Positions 24,863 through 41,646 of a DNA stretch of 51,569 nucleotides are shown piece after piece. How positions within the stretch are numbered: the stretch's first letter is position 1; each line of letters starts with the position of its first letter. The position numbers were made by a program, and so were the translations under genes. The notes below the pieces were generated by a model. It searched no databases. It was not told where the DNA came from and saw only the letters and a list, made by a program, of their open reading frames with translations. Source of the stretch: Cyanophora paradoxa CCMP329 (lineage: Eukaryota > Plantae > Glaucophyta); assembly GCA_004431415.1 (NCBI GenBank), contig QPMI01000305.1:1-51569 (forward strand), written 5' to 3'.

Positions 24863-27800
24863 ATGATGCCGCGGCCGGCGAGGCTAGCGCTGCTGGCTTG
24901 CTGCCTTCTGGTGCTGGTGGCTCTCGCAAGCGCGGCGGAGGGGCGCCGGAAGCGCTCAAGCAGAGCGAGCCAGCGCGTGTCCAAGCCCGAGGACGCTGGA
25001 GGGCGGCTGCGAGCGCTGGAGCGAATCCGCACTCGCGCGGCTGGCGAACGGAAATCGGATGCGGCGCTCGACGGACCTCGGGGGCCGCTCCGGAAGATCA
25101 CCCGCCGAACACTGGCGAACTCACTCAGGAGCGGGGGAGCTGGGCGGACAGGCCGCTCGCCCCTCTCCGCGGACGAGTTACGTACCGTCGATCGCGCGGG
25201 AGCAGACCCGCGGCCGCAGCTCGTCCACGTCCACGCGAGCCGAAGCGTTAGCGACTCGGAGCTTCGATCCCTCGTAGCCGCCGCGGGAGGGACGGTGGAG
25301 CACGTGCACCGAGACCGCTCTCGCCTCGTTGCCTCCGCCCGCGTTCCCGCCGCCGGCCTCGAGCAGCTGGCGTCGGCGGCGGAGGTGCAGGCGATCCGGG
25401 CGCCGGCGGCCCCGCGGCTGCGGGGGGCGACGGGGCCGCTGCGGTCCGGGTTGGAGGCGCTGAACCTGCACCAGTGGGTGCCCGGGAAGGCGGACGGCGC
25501 CGGCATCACCGTCGGCGTCCTGAGCGACTCGTTCGACTGCCTCAAGGGCGCCGACAAGGACATCCGGGCGGGCGCCCTGCCGGGCCCCGGCAACCCCCGC
25601 GGCCGCACGCAGCCCGTCCGTGTCCTCAAGGAGCTCGTGCGCGCACCCGCCGCCCCGCGCCCGGTCGGGGCGCCGCCGGCCCACGCCGCCGCGGCGCCGG
25701 CGCAGGTGGGCGACGCGAACTGCACCGACGAGGGGCGCGCCATGCTCCAGGCCCGCCCGCCGCCTCCGCACGCGCCCGGGCGCGGCTGAGCGTGCGGGGG
25801 GCGGCGCAGCTGGTGCACGCCATCGCGCCGGGGGCCGCCCTCTGCTTCGCCTCGGCCTACCCCGACGAGCTCGCGTGCGCCCCGGCAGCGGGCGCCGGCG
25901 CCCCCCTTTGGCGCGCCTGCTGAGCGGGGCGGCAGGTTCCTGGCGAACATGGAAGCGCTGGCGGCGCCGCCGTGCAGCGCCGACGTCATCGTCGACGACG
26001 TCGGCTTCCCCGACGAGCCGGTGCCCCCCGCCCCGCCCCGCCCCGCCCCGCCCCGCCCCGCCCGGCCGCTCGACGAGCCCGGGCAGGCGTACTCGGACAC
26101 GCTTGTGGCGGAGCGGGTGGCGGCGCTGGTGGCGCGGGGCGTGGCGGTGCTCTCGGCGGCCGGCAACGACGGGAGCCAGACGGCGGAGATGTGGCTCTAC
26201 CCCGACACGACCGACCTGCCGGACGTGCTGAAGCAGGAGGAGGGGTACCTGGGCTGGCAGATCCTCTCCGAGGAGGCCGAGAGCCCCTACCTCATGACCC
26301 TCTGGGTCGAGGAGACCAGTGACGTCTGGCTCCAGTGGGTCCGCCGGCCCCGCCCCCGCTCCGCCCGGCCCGGCCCCTGTGAGCGGGCGGGGCAGAACGA
26401 CCCGGTGGACGTGCCGGGGGCGGTCTCGATGGACCTCGACCTCTTCCTCTACAAGGACGGCAAGCTCTTCGACTACAGCGACGACTACAACAACGACGTG
26501 CGCAGCCCCATCGAGAGCATCGGCGACATCCCCCCGGGACAGTACCAGGTGCGCCTGCCGCGCCGGGCCTCGGGAGGGTCGGGCGGGCGGGCGCCGGCCG
26601 ATCGGGCGGCGCGCGCAGGTTGCGGTGGCGCTGTGGGACTACAACGCGACGACGCCGTTCGACGACGAGCGGAAGATCTTCCTCTACTCGACGGAGCCGC
26701 TCGCCGAGGCGGAGTGGACGTCGTTCGAGGCGGACCGCCCCGCCCGCTCCGTCTGGGGCCACTCCGCCGACGCCGGCATCCTCGCCGTCGGCTCCGTCCA
26801 GTCCGCCCGCCCCGCCCAGCGCCCCGCCCCGCTCCTTCCTTTGACGCGGCGGGGCGGGCGGCAGGTACTACGACGCGTCGGGGCCGGCGTACTACTCGTC
26901 GGAGGGGCCCGCGACCGTCTACTACGACGCCCACGGGGCGCCCCTCTTCCCCCCGCAGGCCCGCCCCGCCCCGCCACCGGCCCCGCCTGGGCCGAGGGCG
27001 GACGGGGCCGGGGCAGGTGCGGCTCTCGCCGGCGGTGGCGGGGGTGGACTGCGTCGACACGACCTTCTTCGGTGACGAAGACCCCGAGCGCAACGGCCCG
27101 CCCCGCCCCGCCCCGCCCCGCCCCGCCCCGCCTCCGCCGGCCTCTTTTTGACGGGGCGGGGCCGGCGCAGGCTTCCCGAACTTCTGTGGGACGTCGGCCT
27201 CGGCGGCGCACGTCGCCGGCCTCGCCGCGCTGCTCCTCCAGGCCAGCGGCGGGCCCAAGGCCCTGCCCCCGCCCGCCCTCGCCGCCCTCCTCGCCCGCTC
27301 CACCCCGGGCGGGCCCTGGCTCCCCAAGAGGTGCCCCGAGGCTCCCCCCATGCCCCGCGGGAGGAGCTGACGGGGCGGGGGCAGCGGGCACGGGCTGGTG
27401 GACGGGGGCCGGGCGCTGGAGGGGATGCAGCGGGAGAGCGGGTGGCAGGCGATGCAGGGGCAGGTCGCCCAGCTCGCCGCCATGGCCGGCATCCTCCGCA
27501 ACGCCTCCGCCCCCGTCCCCGCCGGCGCCAGCCCCGCCCAGGCCCGCCCCGCCCCGCCCCCACCGCCCCCGCCGCGGCGCGCCGCGTGAGGCGCGGGGCC
27601 GGGGCGCAGGTGCAGCGGCTGGCGGACACGATGAACCAAGTGCGCAGCAGCGTCTCCGCCCTCCAGGGCCGCGTCGCCGAGCTCTCCAAGGCCCGCCCCG
27701 CCTTGCCCGGCCCCGCCCGGCGCCCCGGGCGCTGCTTCTGAGCGGCGGGCGGGCGGCGCAGGCGAAGGCGGAGGGCGGGGACGTGGCGGAGCTCGCGCGG

Positions 27801-28117
27801 CAGGTCGCCGCCCTCGCCCAGCGCCTCGAGGCCGGCGGCGGCGGGGGCGGCGGCGGCGGGGCCGGCTCCACAGCCGTCGTCCTGAGCTTCTTCGCCGGCT
27901 CCGCCTCCGTCCTCTTCCTCGCAGCCGCCGTCTTCCTCGTCGTCCGGGTGGGCGCCCCCGCGTCCCTCTTGAGTCCGGCGGCCGCTGAGGGCGCCCCCCC
28001 GCGCAGCTGCGGCAGAGGCGGGATGCGGGCCTGGGGCTGGGGAAGGGCGCCGAGCGGCAGCGCGGCTTCGAGCTGGTCGGGGAGGGCGACCTCGAGGAGG
28101 ACCGCGAGCCCGCGTAG
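24863..28117 (+). CDS. Type I membrane subtilase-superfamily protease (S8 / S53-like, DEGRAM type), ~14 exons
   Basis: Signal peptide (MMPRPARLALLACCLLVLVALASAAEG), prodomain, GAGITVGVLSDSF (Asp), DEGRAMLQ|LVHAIAPGA, SAAGNDG (oxyanion Asn), FCGTSASAAHVAG (catalytic Ser), a coiled-coil stalk, TM helix AVVLSFFAGSASVLFLAAAVFLVV and an acidic tail ending at TAG 28115-28117. Confidence 0.88.
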
Positions 28118-28294
28118 CCCCCCGCCCCGCCCCGCCGCCCCGCCGCCGGGGCAGCGCCGCTGCTCCGTTATTGTACACCTATCTAAGCATAACAATCGAT
28201 ACCGACCCACGGCGACGGGCGCGGGAGGGCGGAGCGGGGACGGGCGCGGGGGCGGGGGCGGTGCAGAAGCGGGCCCAGGCGGGGCGGGGTGGGG

Positions 28295-29974
28295 TCAGGA
28301 GTAGACGAGGAAGTCGGGGCGGCCGGTGAAGCGCTCGGCGAATGCCTTGCCGGAGGGCGTCGGCTGCGAGAAGGCGACCTCCGCCCGCTCCACGGCGCCC
28401 CCGAAGCGAAAGTTCGTCCTGCCCGCCCCGCCCCGTCGGCGCCGGCGGCGACGGGGGCGGGCGAGTGCGGCGGGGGGCGGACCGGAGTGCGTCGAGGAGG
28501 CGGCGGGCGACGCCGGCGCGGCGGTGGCCCGGGGCGACCCAGAGCTGGCGCACGCCGACCTGGCACGCCACCGGCTCCGTCGAGCGGCAGACGGTAGTCC
28601 CGTCGCAGCCGTCGGCCGCCGGCAGCACGCGGAAGCCCTGCCCGACCGCCTCCGCGACCGCGCAGCCGACGACCTTGCCCCGGGCGCTCACGTACAGGTA
28701 CACCTGCGCGGCAGAGCAGGGCGTCAGGCGCGGCCGGCGATGGCGGCAGTCGAGGGGCGTGCGGGGCGTGCCTGGATGGCGGCGGGGTCCTGGTTGGGGT
28801 CCGTGGCGTAGCCGAGCTCCTTGCTGACGACCTCGAGGACCTCCTCCACCTGCCGCCCTCTGTCAGCCGCAGCGCGGGCGGGGCGGGGCGGGCGGGCGGG
28901 GCGGGGCGGGCGGGCCTTGCGGCGGTAGAGGCGGAGGTCCTCCTTGCCGGCGACCATGACGATGCGGGCGCCCTCGTCGAAGCGCCCCACCACGCGCTCC
29001 TTCTTCCACCCCTGCGCGGGAGTGAGGCCGGCCGGCGCGGGGCAGGGCGGGGCGGGCGGGCGCACGGGGAAGTCGATGCCGTGGGTGTGGCGCCTGTGGA
29101 TGCGGGCGTGAAGGGCCTCGTCCTCGGGCACGCCGCGCGTGTACATCGCCCCGCACTCCCGGCACGTGTCCAGCGCCCGGAGGCTCTTCTGCCCCACGTC
29201 GATCACCAGCTGCCTCCCCCGCTTCGACGCGCTCGCCGCCGCCTTCGCCTTCTTCGGGGCCTGCCGCGGCGGCTGCTGCGCCGGCAACGGGCGCTCGTTC
29301 TCCTCGTCCTCCTCCGCGGGCGGCGGGGCCGCCTTGGAGCCGCTCGTCTCGGCTCCGGCGTCGCCGGCGTCATCGGAGGAGGAGGCCAGCGGCCTGTCCT
29401 CCTCCGGCGGGATGTTCTCCTTGTCGGCCTCCCACCAGTCCTCCTCGAACAGCGTTCCCACCGGCGGATACACGTGCCGCACCGTCCGCCTCTGTGCCGC
29501 AGCGGAGCTGCTGCTGCCGGCGGCTACAGGCGACAGCGGGCTGCGCGGGGCCGGGCGCGGAGTGCTGCTGCTGTTCGCCCTGTGCTGGGATGCGCGCGTC
29601 GGCCGAGCCGCATGCGCTGAATCCGGAGAGATGAGGTCCATGAACGGCTTAGATGCGGATGATCTACGGCTGGCGCTTGTGCTCGGCGACATCGAATCTG
29701 CATTTTGAATCGCGGTTAGCGCAGGCCGGAGTGCGTAAGCGCCTGCAGTGCAAGTCACCTGTAGATGCAGTGTGTTTTGCTCTTATGTTCTCTTCTTCGT
29801 CCGAGAGCCAAACTGGCTCCGCCTGTTGACTGGATTCTGATCTGCACAGGTTCAAGTTTGAGCGCTTCGGATAAAGCAGACGCAGCGTGCAGGGGCACAC
29901 TTGACGGCGGATGCTGCTCGCTTGCGGTTGTGCGTCACGCTGCTCGTGTTCTCCGCGCCCTGCGACCTCTCCAT
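28295..29974 (-). CDS. ECO1: Cohesin acetyltransferase Eco1/ESCO family
   Basis: PIP-like QLVIDVGQK, zinc finger CRECGAMYTRGVPEDEALHARIH, then GWKKERVV, GVRQLWVAPGHRRAGVARRLLD and VAFSQPTPSGKAFA...FLVYS*. Start MERSQG at 29974 reached via two GT-AG introns. Confidence 0.93.
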
Positions 29975-30357
29975 CCTGATGCCAGACTCGCGTCAGCTCA
30001 AATTGGGCGCAACAAGCACGGTGCAAGCACGCGCGGGGGGCACCTGCTCCGTTCGCTCGCCGTGCTGGAGCGATCTGCGGCGATCTGGGACAGGCTGTGG
30101 CCCTGCGCGTCGCGGTTGCCGGCGGATCGGCTGGACGAGGGCTCCGTGCTGGAGCTGCTTGCGTTCGAGCGGGACGCGCTCTTCGGGGCGAAATACGACA
30201 GGATGCACGCCTGGCTCTTGCCGCCCGAGGCCATTTCAAGAGTTCAAACTGCGGGGTACGGGCGTCACTTAGCCGGCCACGTACCCCGGCCCACCCCGGC
30301 CCCCCTCGGACTTGCGCTCAGCCTCACATCGGGTCGCTCCTCGCTCCTCCAGCCACG

Positions 30358-31302
30358 ATGTTCGGCGGCTGGTTCGATTGGGTGTGGGGCGTTCTCAGCT
30401 ACCTCGGTGCGTCGCATCGCTCGCGGCGCCGCTCGGGCTCACGATTCGAGTTTCAGGTCTGTACTACAAGAGCGGGAAGATCCTCTTTCTCGGGCTCGAC
30501 AATGCGGGCAAGACAACGCTTATGCACAGGCTAAAGGATGACCGCCTGGCGCAGCATCAGCCCACTCAGTACCCGAGTGAGTGACGTGTGCGGGCTTCGC
30601 ACGGACTTCCTGACCCATCCCACGCAGCATCGGAGGAGTTGACGATCGGCAAGATCAAGTTCCGCGCGTTCGACCTCGGCGGCCACACTCGCGGTGCGCC
30701 GCTTGAAAGTTCTGCCGCACGCGGAATGGTCGCGGCGCTGACCCGCTCCCGTGCTGGATTGCAGCGCGGACCGTGTGGAAGGACTATTTCCCGCAAGTGG
30801 ACGGTGTTGTGTTCCTCGTCGACTCGCTCGACCGGGAGCGCTTCCCGGAGAGCAAGAAGGAACTCGATGTGCGTCGCGGCGGCACATTGTGCGACACTCG
30901 CGCATTGCTCACAAGCTGTTGAATGTGCAGGCACTCCTTTCGTGCGACGAGCTGGCGAATGTGCCGTTCCTGATTCTCGGCAACAAGATCGACCAGCCCA
31001 AGGCGGCCTCGGAAGAGGAGCTCCGGGCCAACCTTGGCCTCCTTCTCACCACCGGCAAGGTACGAAGCGTGGCGCTCGAGATGACTTCGTCTTCGAATCG
31101 CGCGCGGCTGACCGTCGTGCTTTGTCCGTTTAATAGGGCAAGGTCCCGCGCGGTGACATCCGCCCCATCGAGGTGTTCATGTGCAGCGTCGTCAACCGTA
31201 TGGGCTACGGCGAGGGTCAGCGTTTCTGGTTCCTTGAGCGCGCGTACAAATGCTGACGTAGTGCGACCAGGCTTCCGGTGGCTGTCCCAGTACATCAACT
31301 AA
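30358..31302 (+). CDS. SAR1: Small GTPase Sar1 (COPII), 7 exons
   Basis: [17 protein letters not shown]|[40 protein letters not shown]|[19 protein letters not shown]...ILGNKID...[19 protein letters not shown]|FRWLSQYIN*. Six GT-AG introns. Confidence 0.98.
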
Positions 31303-31726
31303 GAGAACAGTCACGAAGCAGTTCAGCGTTAGGGCGCGAAGGCAATTCCGCACGCCCGAAGCTAGCTCCATTCCCGGCGGCAGCCTCGCAAACATTCGAA
31401 TCCCTCACCGCTGAACACCTTCGATCTCTTAAACCACCGCTGACCAACTCGGCGATACCATCCTTCTCTTCTTCCTCCGTAGCTGCATCCTGCAGTTAGT
31501 TTCGTGTGTTCCAAATGGTAATTCTGCTACTTTTCCACGGCCTGGCCAGTCGACGTCGACCCCGGAGAGGCAGCCCGCGACGTGCAGGCCTAGGACAAAG
31601 TGTGGGCACCGGATGCACGGTCGCATGCATCATCGGTTTCTTTTACACCATTCGAGTGAGAGGAGAGAGTGGACAGGAGGAGTCATTGGGAGAAAGGGAA
31701 CTGTGCTGGCTAACTAAAACTCGAGC

Positions 31727-32448
31727 TCATAGCTGGACACCAAACTTTTCGAAGTTCTTTGTCAACACCCCTATCTTCAGGTGCACGGTCCCCGTCGCTA
31801 TCGTCTTCAGCCGAAAGCGATCCGAACCAGATGTCACGTACTCTTCGTGCTTCAGCTGCGGGTTGCCCCCAATAAAGAAAGCTGCGCGAACAGTTGTAAA
31901 TAAGGGATCTTGCTGTATGGAGGGGCAAGGCCGATGGCGCGGCGCACCAGAGAAGCGCTCCGACCACGACCCGACCGGCCTCCAGCACGGCACCTCAAGA
32001 TCGAACACGCCAGGCGACGCAGGCAAATGGCAGAATCCATATCCAGCTGTCAGAAAGTGCGCCCGGCGGCAAGTGAGCAGGGTGGGCGAGCACTGCAGCG
32101 CTCAAAAGTCTTGCGGACCCAGGTCGTTCCTGCCGAAGATGTCTTCAGACCAGACTTGAAACCGAATCTTAGGCCAGCCTGCAACGCTCTTTGCAGCGTA
32201 GTGAATGTCGATCGGGTGGCTCCAGATCGCCGGCTGCGCTTCCTGCGGTGGCGGGAGTCGTACGGGCTCGACTTTGGGGCGCGGCGGCGCGTGCGCACGT
32301 CTGGATAGTCGATTTGTGTCTGTCCCTTCTCCAGACCCTCGAGCAGCTTCCACTGCGGACTCGCCTCCACTTTGAATTCGCAGAAGACGCCCGAGCTCTG
32401 AAAGCCCGAGGCTCCTACGATGGAGCCGATGAAGTGCACTTCCGACAT
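31727..32448 (-). CDS. B9D2: B9 domain-containing protein 2 (ciliary transition zone, MKS module), 4 exons
   Basis: MSEVHFIGSIVGASGF...GQTQIDYPD|EAQPAIWSHPIDIHYAAKSVAGWPKIRFQVWSEDIFGRNDL|AGYGFCHLPASPG...CWRPVGSW...FFIGGNPQL...DRFRLKTIATGTVHLKIGVLTKNFEKFGVQL*. Confidence 0.95.
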
Positions 32449-32765
32449 AACGCGGCTGAAGCCGCGCGGACGCTCGCCGCTGCTCCCTAGCTAGCCGGTG
32501 CTGGCTCTCGCTCGCAAAACAGAGGGCGCACTCCGGGGAGCGGTACGGCGCTCAAGAATGCCGACTCTGCGCTCTAGGATTGCGACTAACACGCACAGCT
32601 GCTCGGCGGATGTGGGCTGAGCCGGGGGTCTGAGCGTCGATACCCCGGCAAAGTGAGCTTAGCTGAGCTCGCGCCGCGCTTCAGCGCCGGTTGCAATTCG
32701 TGTTCTCGGAATACAAGAGCCGTCTGTACGACCCTCCGGACAGTCACGCCGGGCGCCGCCGTTGA

Positions 32766-34222
32766 ATGCAGGCCGCACGCCGTCCGCCTCGCCGGCGGCT
32801 CCGGGCGCTGCTCATCTTCTTGACCGTATCAATAATCGTAGTCTATGTATTCAACAAAGGCGGCGCAAGGAAGACAGGCATCAAGCCGCGCGCTCGGACC
32901 GAGGCCGAGGAGAAGTCCTACGCGCACACCCGCTCTTTCTGGACGAATGCGCGTCGCCGTACGCGCCCTTCCTGTTGCCGGGTCTCACGAAAGTATGCGC
33001 AGGCTGAGGCGTCGGTGAAAGGCGTGACTGGCGGCTTCGAGAGCATCAGTCCGCATGACACCAAGACGAGTGAGCCAGCTCCGCGCTCCCCCGCCGCTGC
33101 AGCTCACGCCTGTCGCAGCGATGGACTTTATCCGGTCCGGCGCCGACGCGCGGCTCGCGCTCGGCCTCGGGCGCTGACACGGGCGAGCGCTCAGGGGGCT
33201 GATGGGGCTGCCGGAGGGGGAGCCCCGGGAGGACCTCGTCGCCATCGACATCGCGGCGGGTCCGCACGGCGGTCCCGCCCCCGCCCTCGCCGGCGGCAGG
33301 GCGGGCGGGGCTGAGGGGGCGCGGGGCAGGGGTGGGGCGGGTGACGAAGGGGGCCCTGGTGCACCTCTTCCGGGAGGTGGACCTGCTGGAGCAGAACGGG
33401 AAGAGCCTGGAGGAGGCGAAGCGGGCGCTGGCGGACGCCCCGGCCGGCCGCACCTTCCGCTTCATAAACGAGGGCATGCACGAGCACGTCTTCGAGCCCG
33501 AGGTGCGTTGTTCTCCTTCCCCGCGCCCGCCGCGCCCCCTGACCCGGCCGCGCCGCCGACAGCGGTACCACTTCGCCCTTATGAACTGGTGCGCGGCGCG
33601 GGGCGGGGCGCCGGCGGCGGCGCCGGCGCCGGCCTGAGGGCGCGCAGGGCCGGGGGGTACATCTCGGATGAGGACTTTTTGGACCTGCTCGTGCGGGTCC
33701 GCTCGGGCCTGAAGAGGGGCGGCTACGCCCTCGTCAAGGTCCCCGGCCCCGCCCCGCCCCGCCTGCGTCGGTCCGGCCGCGGGGCCGAGGGGCGGGATGG
33801 GGCCGGGGCGGGGCAGGACAACGTGGCGGAGACGCCGTTCGTGGACTCGAAGGACGGGCAGCGGGTGCGCTCGGACGCGCAGCTGAAGAAGCTCTTCGCC
33901 CAGGCCGGCTTCGCCGTCCTCTCCGAGAAGAACCAGGTCCGCCGGCCCCGCCTCGCCCCTTCAGTCTCCTTGTCCCGCCCCTCTGTGCTCCGCCCCCGAC
34001 GCCGGCGCAGGACGGCTTCCCGACGACCATCGTGGGGGTGCGCGGGGCGCGGGGCGCGGGGCGGGGCGGGGCGGGGCGCCGGGGGCCCGGGGCCCGCCTC
34101 CTCTCGCGCCTGACGGCCCGGGCCCTCAGGTGAAGATGTACGGGCTGCGGCCCCTGGAGGACGCGCAGGCTCCCGCCCCCGCCCCGCCCGCCCAGGCCGC
34201 CCCCGGCCCCGCCTCTTCCTGA
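32766..34222 (+). CDS. NTMT1-like (alpha-N-terminal protein methyltransferase fold) SAM-dependent methyltransferase with N-terminal signal anchor, paralog A
   Basis: MQAARRPPRRRLRALLIFLTVSIIVVYVF; FWTN|AEASVKGVTGGFESIS; AIDIAAG|VGRVTK; VDLLEQ; NW|AGGYISDED; K|DNVA; DSKDGQRVRSD; DGFP...VKMYGLRP; stop 34220-34222. Confidence 0.87.
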
Positions 34223-34492
34223 GCCGCCCGTCGGCGCCGCAAAGCTTAAGCCGCGGCTGCAGGCCGGTGGTCAGGGTCCTAGGGTCCCCCCCGCGCGCCC
34301 TGCGGGCGCCTATTCGAATTCAGGCAGCTGCAGAGACCATGAATGCATTCAAGAATAGCCAATATCCTGCAAGAATACAATTAGACTTGCAATGGGGAAT
34401 ACACTGCCATACTAGAACGAGGCTACACTAGCTATGGGACCGCCAAGCGCGGGCGCCCGGCCGGGGGGAGGAGGCGGGGGCCGCGGCCGGGG

Positions 34493-35935
34493 TCAGCTGT
34501 CCTCGGGGCGGAGGCCGTACATTTTGACGGGGACGATCTCCGCGGGGAAGCCCTCCTGCGGGGCGGTCGGCGGGGCCCGGGCCGGAGGGGGGGAGGGGAG
34601 GGGGGGCCGGCCCACCTGGACCTTCTCCGCCAGCAGCTTGTACCCCGCCTGCTCAGCGGCCGTGGGTCAGGGGCCGCCGGGCGGGGCTGGGCGGGGCGGG
34701 CGGGCGGGCGGGGCGGGGCGCCTTCTCGAAGAGGGCCTTGAGGGTGGCGTCGTCGCGGATGCGCTGCTTGTCCTTGCCGTCCTGGAAGCGCTCGCGGGCC
34801 ACGTTGTCCTTGAACACCAGCGCCCCGCCCGCCTTCAGCCCGAACCGCGCCCGCGTCAGCAGGTCCACAAGGTCCTGCCCCGCCGTCAGCCAGCGAGCGA
34901 GCGGGGCCCCGGGAGCCCACTGCAAGGGGCGGGCGCGGGGACCTCGTCGGTCAGGTAGCCGGCCGACCTGCGCCGCCGCGCGTCAGCTGCAGGGGCGGGG
35001 GTCAGGCGGCGGTGCGGGGCACCAGTCGATGAGGACGAGGTCGTAGCGCTGCGCCTCGAACGCGAACTCTGCCCCCGCGCCCCGTCGGCCCTCGCGCCGC
35101 GCGCCCCGCCCCGCGCCCCGCGCCCCGCGCCGGCGTGCGGGCCCCGCGTGGCGCACCGTGCATTCCCTGCTGGATGAAGTTGATCTTCCGCTTGCTGTCC
35201 TTCAGGTTCTCCCGCGCCTTGTCCAGGAACCGCGCCTCCTGCTCCAGCACGCTGCCGCCGGCCCCGGCTCGGCTCGCGCGGCGCCGGCGGGCGAGCTCAC
35301 GGGCCGGGCGCAGCGCACTCGATCTCCGTGAAGTCGTGCACGAGCACGCCCTTCGTGACACGGCCGACGCCTGCGCACGCGCGTCGAACGTCGAACTTGC
35401 GGCCGCGGCTGAACGGGCGGACCTGCCCCGCAGTCTATTGCGACGCGCGGCTGCGTGGGCTCGCCGGGGGGCAGTTTCATCAATTCCCGTGTGAAAGCAA
35501 GCGCTGCGCAGGGCCCATCAGGGAGAGCGCCGCGACGCCGAGCTCAAGAAGCGGACTCGTGTCGGTGTCCAGCTTGGAGATGTGGCTGTAGCCTGCCATG
35601 ACGCCATCATCGTTCGCCTTTATCTGCGCGAAAGCGCGCTCAGCGGGGGAGCGTGTGGCGGATCCGGCCGCGGAGAAGTACTAGTTCCGAGCTTGAGCTG
35701 AACCAATTACGCGGGTCGCGCTCACAGCGCGCAGCTTATCTGCGCTCACCGTGCTCCAGAACTGCTTGCTCTCGCCGTACTGCTGCTCCTCCTCGGTCGT
35801 GCGCGACGTGCGCGGCGCGAGCTTCCCACTTGGGCTACTCGGTCGCGTCGCAACGTATGCGACTATCCCGAGCACCAGCGCGATTGCGAGTACGCGCAGA
35901 CGCCGCCGCGGCGGCCTGGTCGCAGCGCCAGCCAT
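34493..35935 (-). CDS. NTMT1-like SAM-dependent methyltransferase with N-terminal signal anchor, paralog B
   Basis: MAGAATRPPRRRLRVLAIALVLGIVAYVA; FWST|IKANDDGVMAGYSHIS; AIDCGAG|VGRVTK; VLEQ; RYDLVLIDW|SAGYLTDE; FKDNVA; DGKDKQRIRDD; EGFPAEIVPVKMYGLRPEDS*. Confidence 0.88.
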
Positions 35936-36115
35936 CGCAGGAGGGGTACGCCTTTCGAGCCAACTTCAACTTCGATCCTTGCAATAGCCTGCGGGCTGCA
36001 GCTGTGAGCTCCGTTGTTTCTGCTTGGCTTTGCGGGATCAGGCTGTCCCGAGGAGGACAAGCTTAGCTCGCAGTTGGGCAGCGGACAGCTTGCTTGGCCG
36101 CAGACTGCAGCAGCG

Positions 36116-41245
<5,130 letters not shown>

Positions 41246-41560
41246 CCCATATTCTCCCACCTTCCCTCCCCCACCTCCATCCCCCCCTCCCCTCCCCCCT
41301 CCCCCCCCACCCCACCGTCCACCCCCCACTTTGCTCCCGCCCCCGCCCCCGCACGCCCCCGCTCTCCGATCTTGTGTTGCGTTCAGTTTAACTGTGAGTG
41401 CAGAAAATCAATCAAAATTCGTTCGAATTCAAATTAAAGAAACGTAGGAGATCTAGACCACGTTCAAATTCGTGAGGATCGGACCCGGCCTGCCGATAGA
41501 TTGCGCATAACACGCATGTGCCGCAAATCGCAACTAGGCGTGCGAAACCAGGGAGCTCGA

Positions 41561-41602
41561 ATGGGCCTCTCCGACTTCGGCCTCCTCGCCGGCCCCGCCA
41601 AG

Positions 41603-41646
<44 letters not shown>

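Noticed and set aside
5178-32448. Possible non-standard genetic code
   Set aside because: Conserved genes translate cleanly with the standard code and end in TAA, TAG or TGA; internal stops fall inside introns.
41561-41600. LSDFGL resembling a protein-kinase DFG motif
   Set aside because: No HRD, APE or glycine-loop motifs nearby.
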